A stretch of 64,000 bases of DNA from an uncultured Chloroflexia bacterium (GCA_963813535.1 CAWEZH010000002.1:256001-320000), one strand, 5' to 3'; shown: positions 29,797 through 40,664, counted from the first letter of the stretch. Program-made: numbers and translations. The notes: a model not told the origin generated them from the sequence alone.

Positions 29797-30438
29797 TCAC
29801 CTCTCGATGCGGTACTTGAGGTGCGCGACCCCGGGCGCTTCGATCGCGCGGACCTCCACGAGCTTCAGGTTCGGCCCCACACCGTCGAAAAGGCGGGCGC
29901 CTCCGCCCAGGAGGATCGGCGCGACGTGCAACTCCAGCTCGTCGACGAGACCGGCCGCCAGGTACTGGTTGATGACATCGGCGCCGCCGCCGATGAAGAC
30001 GTCCTTGTCGCCGGCGGCATCCCGCGCCCGCTCCAGGGCGGACTCGATCCCGTCGGTGACGAAGGTGAAGGTCGTGTCCGTGAGGATCAGCGGCTCGCGT
30101 TCGTGGTGGGTGAGGACGAAGACCGGCTTGTGGAATGGTGGGTCCTCGCCCCACCAGCCGCGCCATGGATCGTCGCCCCACGGCCCGCGGGTGGCCGGGC
30201 CGAACTTGCCCCGGCCCATGATCTCGGCGCCCACATTCGCCGTCTCCTCGACGACCACGGGATTGCTGGCGTTCTCTTCGCCGCCCTCCAGGCCGTTGTG
30301 CTCGCGCCACACTTTGAGCCGTGTCACCCAATCGTGAAGCCGTTCGCCGCCCTCGCCGAGAGGGTCCTGCTGGCTCTGGTTCGGGCCGGCCACGTAGCCG
30401 TCCAGCGAGGACGAGATGTGCACTCTTACCTTGCTCAT
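29797..30438 (-). CDS. Dihydrofolate reductase-like (RibD C-terminal) protein
   Basis: SLDGYVAG, IMGR, VFIGGGA, LVDELELHVAPILLGGG. Confidence 0.88.
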   Translation of the reverse strand: MSKVRVHISSSLDGYVAGPNQSQQDPLGEGGERLHDWVTRLKVWREHNGLEGGEENASNPVVVEETANVGAEIMGRGKFGPATRGPWGDDPWRGWWGEDPPFHKPVFVLTHHEREPLILTDTTFTFVTDGIESALERARDAAGDKDVFIGGGADVINQYLAAGLVDELELHVAPILLGGGARLFDGVGPNLKLVEVRAIEAPGVAHLKYRIER

Positions 30439-30453
30439 GTCCCTAAGTATCGG

Positions 30454-31338
30454 TCAGGCCGTCCCGTCCAGGACCTCGCGCAGCTTGGCGGCGAACGCAT
30501 CCGGGTCTCCGGTCTGGCCGTACTCGCCGCCGAGGAAACCACCATGGTCGCTCGGGAAGGTCACGGGCGACGTCCCCAGTCGCTCGGCCACGGCATGGGC
30601 GCCGCGGTTCGCCATCTCCCCTTCTGACTCCGAGCCTGCCGCCATGACGATCCTCGTCGAGGCGGCACGCAACGCATCGAAGTCGGGCTGGTACCCGATG
30701 GACCCGACCAGGGCCAGCCCAAGGAGGGGGTCGGTCCGCTAGCCATCGTCCTCGGCTGGCATGCCGAACATCTGGGGATCCGGCCCCGGCTGCGCCGCGA
30801 TGTCATCGGTGAACGCTCCGCGGTGGCTCACCACGGCGATGAAGTGGGCCATCCCCGCGCCCCAGCCGCGCTGCTCGTACGTCTCGTGGACCGCTCGGGC
30901 TGCGGCAAGCGCCGCCGTGCCGTCCGGCAGGATCACCGGGAGCGGCGGCTCGTGCGCGACCAGCGTCCGCACATCCTCCGGATGCGTCGTCACGAGCGCC
31001 AGCCCGTTGACCGCACCACCGCTACTGCCGAAGAGGTCGACCGGCCCGCCACCAAGCGCTCCGATGATGCGATGCAGGTCGTCGGCGTGCTGCTCGGGCG
31101 TGGGTGGCTTCGTTGGATCGGTCTGCTCGCTCCGCTCGACGCTGCGCGGGTCGTAGGTCACGACGGTGCGGTCGCCGAAATGTCCGCTGAGGGTCACGAA
31201 GCCCCCGGCGCCCATCGGCGAACCGATGAGGAACAGCATCGGTTCGGCGCTCGCGTCGTTGCGTCGGACGTCGTACGTCAGGGTGGCGCCGGGGACCGTG
31301 AGGGTATGGGTCGTCGGCTTGGTCGCTGTCGTCGTCAT
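30454..31338 (-). pseudogene. Alpha/beta hydrolase interrupted by an in-frame TAG at 30739-30741
   Basis: GSSGG nucleophile elbow, HEPP, C-terminal DHGGF; the frame continues across the TAG (885 nt total). Confidence 0.78.
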
Positions 31339-31365
31339 CGTGGGACTCCTTGGTCGCTGATCGGT

Positions 31366-31872
31366 CTAGGACCGGGCGGGCGAGTACTCGGCCAGGATCG
31401 CGTCGATCTGGCCGACCGCCTGCTTCAGACCGTCCTCCATACCCATGGCCAGGACCTGTTCCATGGCCTCGGTGCTCGGGAAGATGCTTTCGATCGACAT
31501 CCTCGTTCGGCCGTTGCCGGCCTCCTCGATCGCCACACGGACGGTGTTCATCGGCAGGTCGGTGTTCGTCGAGCCGTCATCGTTGGCGAAACCGTCGCGG
31601 AAGACGATGGACCGGGGCGCATCGACCTCCTCGACCTCCCAGAAGCCCTTCGGCTGGTCGCCCGTCGGGCCGGTCATGTGGTACTCGATCCGCCCACCGG
31701 GCGAGAGGTCGTGCGAGGTCACCGTCGCCGGATAGGTGGGCGGACCCCACCAGCGCTCCAGCAGGCGCGGGTCCGCCCACAGCTGCCAGACCCGTTCGGG
31801 CGAGGTCTCGAACTCCGCCTCCAGCAGCATGGTCAGCGCATTGGGATCCTTGTGGACGGCTGTAACGGTCAT
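31366..31872 (-). CDS. SRPBCC/AHSA1-domain protein
   Basis: PERVWQLWADP..WWGPP..YHMTGP..GMEDG. Confidence 0.88.
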   Translation of the reverse strand: MTVTAVHKDPNALTMLLEAEFETSPERVWQLWADPRLLERWWGPPTYPATVTSHDLSPGGRIEYHMTGPTGDQPKGFWEVEEVDAPRSIVFRDGFANDDGSTNTDLPMNTVRVAIEEAGNGRTRMSIESIFPSTEAMEQVLAMGMEDGLKQAVGQIDAILAEYSPARS

Positions 31873-32210
31873 CGGTCTGCCTCTCTGGTGTATTCGGTGA
31901 CGAGCTCGGTCATCCGGACGATCCGGCCGCGCCACAGCTCCTCGTACTGGTCGAGCAGACGGCGCGCCACGCGCAGCCCCTCGAGATTCGTGCGGACGAC
32001 CTTGCGTCGCCCGAGCCGCTGCTTGGTGACCAGGCCGGCACGCTCGAGGACGGCCACGTGCTTTTGGACCGCAGCGAAGCTCATCGGGTAGTGGCCGGCC
32101 AGCTCGGCCACGCCCTCCTCACCATCGATCGCGCGGCGGACGATGTCGCGCCGCGTCGGATCGGCGAGAGCGCCGAACATGCGATCGAAGTCGGGAGGGA
32201 TGACCTGCAT
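31869..32210 (-). CDS. ArsR/SmtB-family transcriptional regulator
   Basis: FGALADPTRRDI..AVQKHVAVLERAGLV. Confidence 0.9.
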   Translation of the reverse strand: MQVIPPDFDRMFGALADPTRRDIVRRAIDGEEGVAELAGHYPMSFAAVQKHVAVLERAGLVTKQRLGRRKVVRTNLEGLRVARRLLDQYEELWRGRIVRMTELVTEYTREADR

Positions 32211-32211
32211 G

Positions 32212-32246
32212 GATACAACCATACGGTTGTATCAACTGGACGTCAA
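32212..32246 (-). promoter_or_regulatory. Promoter with an overlapping ArsR operator
   Basis: TTGACG-17-TATGGT; perfect inverted repeat GATACAACC-N4-GGTTGTATC at 32212-32233. Confidence 0.78.
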
Positions 32247-32261
32247 GTCCGGGGCGATGTC

Positions 32262-33134
32262 CTACGGGCGGCCGGCGCCCGGGGCCGGCGCCGGGATGGC
32301 GAGCACCTGACCTTGGGCGGACCCATCGCTCTCGCCGGCGGGATCACCCCACGCGTTCGTGACGAGGAACAGGGTCCGCCGATCCGGACCCCCGAGCATC
32401 GCGGCGAAGCAGCCGCGGTCGAGCTCGATGGCCTGAAGGACGTCTCCTCCTTCGCGTACCCGCACGGCACGATGGCTCCCGACATCCCCGTACCAGACGG
32501 CGCCCTCCGCATCGAGGCAGATGCCATCGGGATGGTCCTCGACGTCGGCCCACGTCCGCCGTCCACTGAGCGTCCCATCCGCCGCCACGTCGAAGGCCGT
32601 CAATCGGTTGCCGTAGGACTCCGCCACGATGAGCGTCGCGTCGTCCGTGGTCACGACCATCCCGTTGGGGAACATCACGCCGTCCGCGACCTCTCGGACG
32701 TTGCCGTCGGGTGTCACGAGGGTGATCGTGCCTGGCGCGACCTCACCCTCCGGGAAGTCGAAGCCGATGTTGTTGACGTAGGCGTTTCCGCGACCGTCGA
32801 CGACGATGTCGTTCCAGGGGTGCGCGCTGACGCCGGACAGGTCGGCATGGGTCACCAGCGACCCGTCGGGCTCCTGGCGCAGGATGCGTTGCTGGCTGGA
32901 CGCGACGATGAGCAGTCGGCCGTCGGGCAGATGGTCGATACACATGGGGAAGGACTCGACGCTCGCGACGACCTCGCTCGTGCCGGGCTGGCCATGGCCG
33001 TCGATACTCAGGGCGATGACCTGGCCCGCGCCCCAGTCGGATACCCATAGACGGCCATCGCGCCACCGGGGTGACTCCGGGAACGCAAGACCGCTCAGCA
33101 CCACCTGCGGCTGGGCCGGATGCTCGATGCTCAT
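32262..33134 (-). CDS. SMP-30/gluconolactonase/LRE-family protein
   Basis: FPESPRW, WNDIVVD, FPNGM, PDGICLDAEG. Confidence 0.9.
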   Translation of the reverse strand: MSIEHPAQPQVVLSGLAFPESPRWRDGRLWVSDWGAGQVIALSIDGHGQPGTSEVVASVESFPMCIDHLPDGRLLIVASSQQRILRQEPDGSLVTHADLSGVSAHPWNDIVVDGRGNAYVNNIGFDFPEGEVAPGTITLVTPDGNVREVADGVMFPNGMVVTTDDATLIVAESYGNRLTAFDVAADGTLSGRRTWADVEDHPDGICLDAEGAVWYGDVGSHRAVRVREGGDVLQAIELDRGCFAAMLGGPDRRTLFLVTNAWGDPAGESDGSAQGQVLAIPAPAPGAGRP

Positions 33135-33199
33135 GGTTCGTCCTCCTTGTCGAGTATCGCTCCGCCGCTCGGATGACACTGCGTCAAGGAGGCGTCCCG

Positions 33200-33838
33200 A
33201 TGATCGATGGGATCTCCGTCGGTGACGACGGGCTGGCCCGCTGCTGGTGGGCGGATGGCGACATGCTCCGTACGTACCACGATGTGGAGTGGGGACGGCC
33301 GGTCGCCGACGACCGGCGACTGTTCGAGAAGGTCTGCCTGGAGGGGTTCCAGTCGGGGCTGAGCTGGCTGACGATCCTGCGCAAGCGAGACGACTTCCGG
33401 CGCGCCTTCGGTGACTTCGACCCAGCGGTCATCGCCGCCTTCGACGAGACCGATGTCGAGCGCCTGATGGCCGACACGGGCATCGTTCGGAACCGCGCGA
33501 AGATCGAGGCGACCATCAACAACGCGCGCCGCTATCCCGACCTGCTGCCCGAGTTCGGCAGTCTGGCCGCTTACCTGTGGAGCTTCGAGCCCGGTTCGGA
33601 TGCGCGTCCCGCGGTGATGGATCAGGCGACATTGGCGACCATGGCCGTCAGCCCTGAGTCGAAGGCGATGAGCAAGGACCTGCGCAAGCGTGGCTGGGCG
33701 TTCGTCGGTCCCACCACGGCGTACGCCGCGATGCAAGCGATGGGCATCGTCAACGACCACCTCGACGCCTGTCACGTCCGTCGGGAGGTCGAGGCGGAAC
33801 GGGGCGCGTTCGAGCGGCCTCGGCCTGCGTCGCGCTAG
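33200..33838 (+). CDS. tag: DNA-3-methyladenine glycosylase I
   Basis: YHDVEWG, LEGFQSGLSWLTILRKR, FVGPTT, VNDH..C. Confidence 0.93.
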   Translation: MIDGISVGDDGLARCWWADGDMLRTYHDVEWGRPVADDRRLFEKVCLEGFQSGLSWLTILRKRDDFRRAFGDFDPAVIAAFDETDVERLMADTGIVRNRAKIEATINNARRYPDLLPEFGSLAAYLWSFEPGSDARPAVMDQATLATMAVSPESKAMSKDLRKRGWAFVGPTTAYAAMQAMGIVNDHLDACHVRREVEAERGAFERPRPASR

Positions 33839-33858
33839 GGATACCTATCATCTACGGC

Positions 33859-34221
33859 GTGACACCCGATCCGAGGGTCGACGCGTACCTGGCGGGCCTG
33901 CCCGCCGACCAGCGCGACCTGTTGCAGGACCTTCGTGAACACCTCGCCGGGCTCGTCCCAGACGCCGCCGAGACCATCAGCTACGGGATGCCGGCGCTCA
34001 AGCTGGGCGGTCGGTTCTTCGTGTCATATGCGGGCTGGAAGGCGCATTGCAGCCTCTACCCGTTGACGGATTCGTTCATGGAGTCGCACGCGTCCGAGAT
34101 CGACGGGTTCGACCGTACGAAAGGCAGCATCCATTTCACGCCCACGCATCCGCTGCCGGACGACCTCCTCGCCGCGCTTGTCCGGGCGCGCATCGCCGAT
34201 CTCGAGTCCGGCGGCCGATAG
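33859..34221 (+). CDS. DUF1801 (YdhG-like) domain protein
   Basis: VDAYL, ETISYGMP, HCSLYP, KGSIHF. Confidence 0.85.
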   Translation: MTPDPRVDAYLAGLPADQRDLLQDLREHLAGLVPDAAETISYGMPALKLGGRFFVSYAGWKAHCSLYPLTDSFMESHASEIDGFDRTKGSIHFTPTHPLPDDLLAALVRARIADLESGGR

Positions 34222-34276
34222 TCGGAACGCCGCTGGTGACCGCGCAGATCCGTTCCCGCCCGGCAGGTCGGGTTCG

Positions 34277-34879
34277 TCAGTCCCGGTCGCTCAGGTGGCA
34301 GGCCTCGTTCCAGGTCTCGATCACGGGGTTGGCCCGTTCCCAGCCGAGGACCCCGATCGTCGCCGTCCCGAGCGCGAAGTGGGCGCCGTCGCTCGGTCGC
34401 AGCCCGAGCCAACGCGCCGCCAGCACGCGCAGCACGTGCCCGTGTGCGAACAACAAGGCGTCGCCGGCGACCGACGCGTCCAGGCAGCGCGCGAGGACGC
34501 GGTCGACACGGGCGCCGACCTCATCGGCCGTCTCGCCGCCGCGCCACGGCCCGTCCCAGATCGTCCACCCCGGAAGGGCCTCGCGGATCTCGTCGGTCGT
34601 CCGGCCCTCGAGGTCGCCGTAGTCCCATTCCATGAGGTCGTCGTCGGGCAGCGCACGATCGAAGCCGGCAAGCTCCGCGGTCTCGGTGGCGCGCGACAGC
34701 GGGCTCGTCAGCACGAGCGCGAATGGATGATCCCGCAGCCGGCTCCCCAGCTCGACCGCCTGCCGCCGACCGACGTCGGTCAGCGGGATGTCGGTGCGCC
34801 CGGTGTGCTGCCCGGACCGCGACCACTCGGTCTCGCCGTGGCGGACGATGTGGATCTGCCGTTCCGGCTCGCCGCTCAT
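34277..34879 (-). CDS. Histidine phosphatase-family protein
   Basis: RHGETEWS, SPLSRA, EWDYG, AHGH. Confidence 0.92.
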   Translation of the reverse strand: MSGEPERQIHIVRHGETEWSRSGQHTGRTDIPLTDVGRRQAVELGSRLRDHPFALVLTSPLSRATETAELAGFDRALPDDDLMEWDYGDLEGRTTDEIREALPGWTIWDGPWRGGETADEVGARVDRVLARCLDASVAGDALLFAHGHVLRVLAARWLGLRPSDGAHFALGTATIGVLGWERANPVIETWNEACHLSDRD

Positions 34880-35442
34880 AGCTCTGTCGCGGGACGTGCC
34901 AGCTCATCGGGTCGTGCGGCGAAGAACGGCCGCTCCCGCCAGCCGAACACGGGCGCCATCAGGGACGTCGGCAGGGTCGTGATGCGGGTGTTGTAGCGGT
35001 AGACCTGGTCGTTGTAGAGCTCGCGACGGTCGGCGATCATCGACTCGAGGCGCTCGATCTCGTTCTGCAGGTCGAGCACATTGCCGTCCGAGCGGACCTG
35101 CGGGTAGGCCTCCACGACGGCGAACAGCGAGCGCACGGCGCGCGAGGTCTCCTCGGCGTGGACCGCCTTGTCGGGGATCGGCTCGGTCGGGGAGTAGGCC
35201 GCACGCGCCCGGGCGACCTCCGTCAGCACGTCCTGCTCGAACGCCATCAGTCCGCGCACCGCCGCGACGAGGGCCGGGAGCTGGTCGTGCCGCTGCTTGA
35301 GGACCACGTCGATGTTCGCCCACGCCTTGTCGATCCGTTGACGGAGCCCCATCACGGCGTTGTACGTCGTGACGACGAGGAACAGGAGGATCGCAAGGAG
35401 CAGGCCGATGGCGAATGCGGCGGCGAGCGACTGTGGGGTCAT
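34876..35442 (-). CDS. LemA-family protein
   Basis: AWANIDVVLKQRHD, AVVEAYP, RELYND. Confidence 0.92.
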   Translation of the reverse strand: MTPQSLAAAFAIGLLLAILLFLVVTTYNAVMGLRQRIDKAWANIDVVLKQRHDQLPALVAAVRGLMAFEQDVLTEVARARAAYSPTEPIPDKAVHAEETSRAVRSLFAVVEAYPQVRSDGNVLDLQNEIERLESMIADRRELYNDQVYRYNTRITTLPTSLMAPVFGWRERPFFAARPDELARPATEL

Positions 35443-35454
35443 CGTCGTTCGAGC

Positions 35455-36546
35455 CTAAGAGCCCAGCGCAGGCGGCAGCATCAAGGCCAGCGCCATCGCG
35501 GATGCGATCGCCAGGATGGCCCCGAGCAGGCCGACGAGGAATCGACTCTCGTGGCGCTCGACGGCGGCGCCCGGGACGCCGTGCGCGATGAGCAGTGGGA
35601 TACCCGCGCTCGCAAGGATCAGGCTGTCGGGTGCGATCGTGAACCGGCGCTCCGCCTCTGCGGCTTCGCCGGCGGCAGCGAGCGGGAGGACGTTCGCAGC
35701 AGGATCGAGCTCGGGCGCACGCACTGGCTGGCCGATCCCGAATCCCGGGATCGCGGCATTGCCCCAGGCGTCCTCGGGCGTAGGCTCGAGGAGACCCGCC
35801 TGGCGGGCCTCCGCGATGTCCCCGAGCACCTCGGGATCGTCGGCTGCGAGATCCGAGCCGATGGCCACGTCGGCCTCCGTCGGGTCGGCCAGGTCCGAGA
35901 ACGGCAGCGCGCGCCCGACGATCGTGACGGCATCGCCCGGGGTGAGGATCGCCTCGCGGTAACGGCGGCGCTGATCCGAGCTGCCGTACAGACTCCCGGA
36001 CGTCCCGGCCAGCACCGACAGTGCGCTTTCGGACGGCGGGTTCGCGGGCACGGCGAGGAGCGCGGCGATGGCGGCCGCCCGGCCCAGGCCACTACCGGCG
36101 ACGGCCGACCCTGTGCGGAGTCGGAGCCCTGGCGGCTCATCGCCCATGAACCCGGTCGCCTCGTCGAGGACCAGCGGGGCGTCCCATCTCGCTCCGCGCG
36201 GGAACACGCGGATGTCGCCGCTCTCATCTCGGACACGGAAACCCACCGCACGCTCCTCGCGGAAGTCGGCGTCGAGGTCGGTGCCATCGTCCGACCGGTC
36301 GATGCTCGAGCGGTAGTACACGCAGGTCGAGCTCTGCAGCGGCGATACGAGGGTCAGCTCCGCCGGTTCGATCACCCCGCTGATCCGGACCTCACCTGCA
36401 GCGAGGGTCGCGATGCGGGAGGTCGACGTGTCGGCGATCCGGGTCGCATCGCGATACCCGGCCATGCCGCGGACCAGCAGCCACAGCCCGGCGATCAGGC
36501 CCACGACGGCGATGAACGCGACCTGTGGAACGAACTCGACCTGCAT
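35455..36546 (-). CDS. Two-TM membrane protein upstream of lemA (GIDE-like)
   Basis: IADTSTSRI..GEVRISG..LVSPL..CVYY..F.VRDESG..RYRE pattern; TM helices at both ends. Confidence 0.6.
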   Translation of the reverse strand: MQVEFVPQVAFIAVVGLIAGLWLLVRGMAGYRDATRIADTSTSRIATLAAGEVRISGVIEPAELTLVSPLQSSTCVYYRSSIDRSDDGTDLDADFREERAVGFRVRDESGDIRVFPRGARWDAPLVLDEATGFMGDEPPGLRLRTGSAVAGSGLGRAAAIAALLAVPANPPSESALSVLAGTSGSLYGSSDQRRRYREAILTPGDAVTIVGRALPFSDLADPTEADVAIGSDLAADDPEVLGDIAEARQAGLLEPTPEDAWGNAAIPGFGIGQPVRAPELDPAANVLPLAAAGEAAEAERRFTIAPDSLILASAGIPLLIAHGVPGAAVERHESRFLVGLLGAILAIASAMALALMLPPALGS

Positions 36547-36743
36547 CCTGCGCATCGTACGAGCCGCGCCGAGTCGCGGAAGCGCCCGCCCGCCGTGTCG
36601 ACCGCGTGACCTGGGACGCGACGCCCCTGTGCTAGCCTCGGCCACAGGCCTGTATCCCAGCACCGACACCGGGGAGGACCCATGCGCCCGAGCGAATGGG
36701 ACGAGCGCGCAGCCCGAGCCACGTTCGACCTCCAGGCGCTGAG

Positions 36744-37538
36744 ATGAGCGCGCGCGCCGACACCTCGTCGCGGTCCGAGCCGGCCCCGAACATCCACCCG
36801 GTCCGCAGGACGATCCGCTACTACCTCTCGCGCATCGTCGTCTCGGTCATCACCCGCGCCTGGGTTCGGTTCGACGTCGAGGGCCGCGATCTCCTGCCCG
36901 GCACCCCGGCGATCTACGCCTTCAACCACCTCTCCTGGGCGGACCCCTTCGTCCTCATGGCGACCATGCCGCTCAAGCCGCGCCTGTCGTTCTTCGGGCC
37001 GCGCGAAGAGGATATGCGGGCCGGAGGGCGCAACCGAGTGATGCTGTGGACGGGCAGCGCCATCCCATACAAGCCCGGCAAGAACGACCTGCTGGAGGCG
37101 ACGCGGCGGGTCGGTGCCGTCATGGCCAATGGCGGCGTCCTGGCCATCGCGGGGGAGGGGCGCATCGGCGCTCTCGAGGACCGGGTGCTGCCGCTCAATG
37201 ACGGGCCGGCCTATTTCGCGCTTCGCTCACGGGTCCCGCTGGTCCCGATCGCGATCAACGGGACGAGTTGGCTGCGCTTCGGTGCGCGCGTCCGCATCCG
37301 GATCGGCGAGCCGATCGTGGGCCAGGGCAGACCGGATCGCGCTGCGGTCGAGGCGATGACCGCGATGCTCGCCGAGCGCCTCGAGGCGATGCTCGACGGG
37401 GCGCCCACGCCCGACCGAGCGGGCAGGATCGCAGCCTGGGTCACCGACCGCTTCAACGAGTGGCCGGAAGGGTCCCGCGAAGCGGCGCTCGAGGCGCAGC
37501 TCGCCGCCATCCCGCCCGAACGCGCCGAAGCCGTCTGA
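36744..37538 (+). CDS. Lysophospholipid acyltransferase (PlsC-like)
   Basis: NHLSWAD (HxxxxD), GEGR, VPIAING. Confidence 0.88.
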   Translation: MSARADTSSRSEPAPNIHPVRRTIRYYLSRIVVSVITRAWVRFDVEGRDLLPGTPAIYAFNHLSWADPFVLMATMPLKPRLSFFGPREEDMRAGGRNRVMLWTGSAIPYKPGKNDLLEATRRVGAVMANGGVLAIAGEGRIGALEDRVLPLNDGPAYFALRSRVPLVPIAINGTSWLRFGARVRIRIGEPIVGQGRPDRAAVEAMTAMLAERLEAMLDGAPTPDRAGRIAAWVTDRFNEWPEGSREAALEAQLAAIPPERAEAV

Positions 37539-37614
37539 CCCCGACCGGGCCTGAGCCACGGGCGCCGGGGTGTCTCTGGCATACTCGGTGGACCAGACCA
37601 GCGCAGGGAGAACC

Positions 37615-37980
37615 GTGCCAGCGACCGGCCTTTCCGCCGACCCCGAGGAGTACCGGGCGCGTCTCGCCGAGCAGTCGGACGAGCAGATCGACACCTGGGC
37701 GGCCGAACTCATGCGTGACGTCGCAAAGCGGCGCGGCGTGATCCGTGTCCTGTCGGATCTTCGCACGGCCGCCCGGCTGAGCGAGAGCGATATCGAACGA
37801 GTGTTCGCATCGGGGAATGGGCCGATGGCGAGCGTGGGGCGCGATGCCCAGGGCCGCCAGATGATCCCGGCGGTGGCCCTGTACCCGTTGGTCGCGGGCA
37901 TCCGCGCCGAGACGGACGACGGTCGCAAGCGCCTGATCGACTACCTGGTCGAGAACTTCCACGAGCTCGTCTACGTCTGA
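37615..37980 (+). CDS. Hypothetical protein
   Basis: GGGAGA RBS before GTG; typical codon usage. Confidence 0.65.
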   Translation: MPATGLSADPEEYRARLAEQSDEQIDTWAAELMRDVAKRRGVIRVLSDLRTAARLSESDIERVFASGNGPMASVGRDAQGRQMIPAVALYPLVAGIRAETDDGRKRLIDYLVENFHELVYV

Positions 37981-38824
37981 TCGACCCGTCGAGCGACTCG
38001 CGGGGCTGATCCGGCTCGTCCATCCCTTCCCATCGGTCCTCGACGGTATCGTCGTCGCCGCAGTCGCGCTGCTCGCCGGGGGAGCGCCGGCTGTCGCCGT
38101 GCGTCTCGGGCTCTCGATGGTGTTCCTGCAATTCGCGATCGGCGCCCTCAATGACATCGTCGATGCGACCGCCGATGCCGGGCGTGTCCCGCCCAAGCCG
38201 ATCCCGGGCGGGATCGTCACGACCGCCCAAGCCCGGGTGGTCGTGGTGGCCGCCGGGGCGATCGGATTGGCCCTGGCCGCCCCGTCTGGTCCAGCGCTGC
38301 TCGTGCTGGGCGTCATCGTCCTCACGGTCGGTGCCGCCTACGACCTGTTCGCCAAGGGCACCGCCTGGTCGTGGCTGCCCTTTGCGGTCGGGATCCCGCT
38401 GCTGCCGGTCTTCGGCGCCGTTGGCGCGACCGGCTCCGTGCCGGGGTCCTTCGCGATCCTGGTCCCGATGGCGGTCCTGGCAGGCGCCGGGTTGGCGGTC
38501 GCCAATGCGCGCGCCGACCTCGATGTCGATGCGGCCGCCGGCACCACGTCGGTCGCGACGCGGCTGGGGCCGCGATGGTCATGGTGGGTCGACCTGGCCC
38601 TCCTGGGCGGGGCGACCGTCCTTGGCTTCACCGTCGTGGGCCGGTCCGGTTGGTCGGCGCCGACGATCGGGCTGGTGATCGTCGGCACGGTCCTCGTCGG
38701 TGCCGGGCTCCTGCTCGGACGGCGAGCGGCCCCGGACGCGCGACGCCGAGCGTGGGAGGTCCAGGCGATCGGGGCGGCGATCGCGGCGACGGGCTGGGTC
38801 GCGGGGATGATCCCCGGACCCTAG
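37961..38824 (+). CDS. UbiA-family prenyltransferase (start uncertain)
   Basis: LVHPFPS, NDIVDATAD..KPIP, NARADLDVD; multiple TM helices. Confidence 0.8.
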   Translation, partial: TSSSTSDRPVERLAGLIRLVHPFPSVLDGIVVAAVALLAGGAPAVAVRLGLSMVFLQFAIGALNDIVDATADAGRVPPKPIPGGIVTTAQARVVVVAAGAIGLALAAPSGPALLVLGVIVLTVGAAYDLFAKGTAWSWLPFAVGIPLLPVFGAVGATGSVPGSFAILVPMAVLAGAGLAVANARADLDVDAAAGTTSVATRLGPRWSWWVDLALLGGATVLGFTVVGRSGWSAPTIGLVIVGTVLVGAGLLLGRRAAPDARRRAWEVQAIGAAIAATGWVAGMIPGP

Positions 38825-38848
38825 GCCTCCGTCAGTACTCGACTTGTG

Positions 38849-39893
38849 TCAGTCGAAGTCGCCCGAGCGGACCAGGGCGATCGCGTTCTCGAGCCGAAGC
38901 TTCGAGATCGTCAGGTACTTGGCCAGGTTGTCACGGTCGACATCCGCGATCGAGCGGACCGCGTCAGGGGACCGGAGCACGTCGACGAGCTCATCGAGCG
39001 CCTCGGCCAGGGACACCTTCGCATTGACCAGCGAGTCCTCGCTGAGCGGTCGTCGCGAGCGGTCCTGCCGTTCGGGCTCAAGCTCATCGTCAGGCTCCAC
39101 CTCGACGACCATCACGGCCGTCGGCTCCCGTTCGACGTCCAGATCCAGATCGAGATCGCCCGACGGTGCCGCCCCGTTCCCGTCCACGACCGGCTGCGGC
39201 GAACGAGCGCGGCGGCCTTCGATCTTGTCCCGCAGCTTGATGAGCGTCAGCTCTCCGCGAGCGACCTGGTCCGCCAGCCGGCGGCGTCGCTTCGGATCCT
39301 CGACCTTCATCAACTCGTACGCGTGCGAGAGCGTGTCTTTGCGCAAGGACACCAGCTCCCGCACCTCGTCGGGAGCGTCTGCGAGTCGCAGGCGGTTCTC
39401 GACGTAGCCCTTGTCCTTGCCAAGCTTGTCGGCAAGCTTGCGGATGCTGTAGCCGTGCTCGGTGACCATGCGGTCGAACATGGCCGCCTCGTCCAAGGCC
39501 GAGATGTCCTCGCGCTGCAGGTTCTCGATGATCGAGATCTCCAGCGCCGTGTCGTCGTCGATGTCCTCGATCAGGGCGGGGATCGATTCGAGGCCGGCCT
39601 GCTGCGACGCGCGCCAGCGGCGCTCACCGGCGATCAGCTGGTAGGTGTTGGGCCCGACCGGCCGGACCAGGATGGGCTGGAGCACGCCGTGTTCCCGGAT
39701 GGACGCGGCCAGTTCATCGAGCGCCTCCTGGTTCATGGCCAGTCGAGGCTGTTCGGGGTTCTGCTCGATGTGATCGAGCGGTACGATCCGGACACCGACG
39801 CTCCGCGTCGGGCTATCGGGCGAGAGCAGGCTGACGATGACGGGGGAGAGCTCTCGCTCCTCGGACAGGCGACGCGCGGCCGCCGCTCGGAAA

Positions 39894-39907
<14 letters not shown>
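38849..39907 (-). CDS. parB: ParB/Spo0J-family partition protein
   Basis: [27 protein letters not shown] (CTP-binding Arg patch), [11 protein letters not shown]; TTG start overlaps the parA end. Confidence 0.93.
39334..39351. repeat. Candidate parS-like palindrome, copy 1 (inside parB)
   Basis: TGTCTTTGCGCAAGGACA. Confidence 0.75.

Positions 39908-40664
<757 letters not shown>

Noticed and set aside
30739-30741. Pyrrolysine or stop-codon reassignment
   Set aside because: TAG ends many genes in this window (e.g. rpoD, mraZ, rsmH), and no pyl genes are visible.
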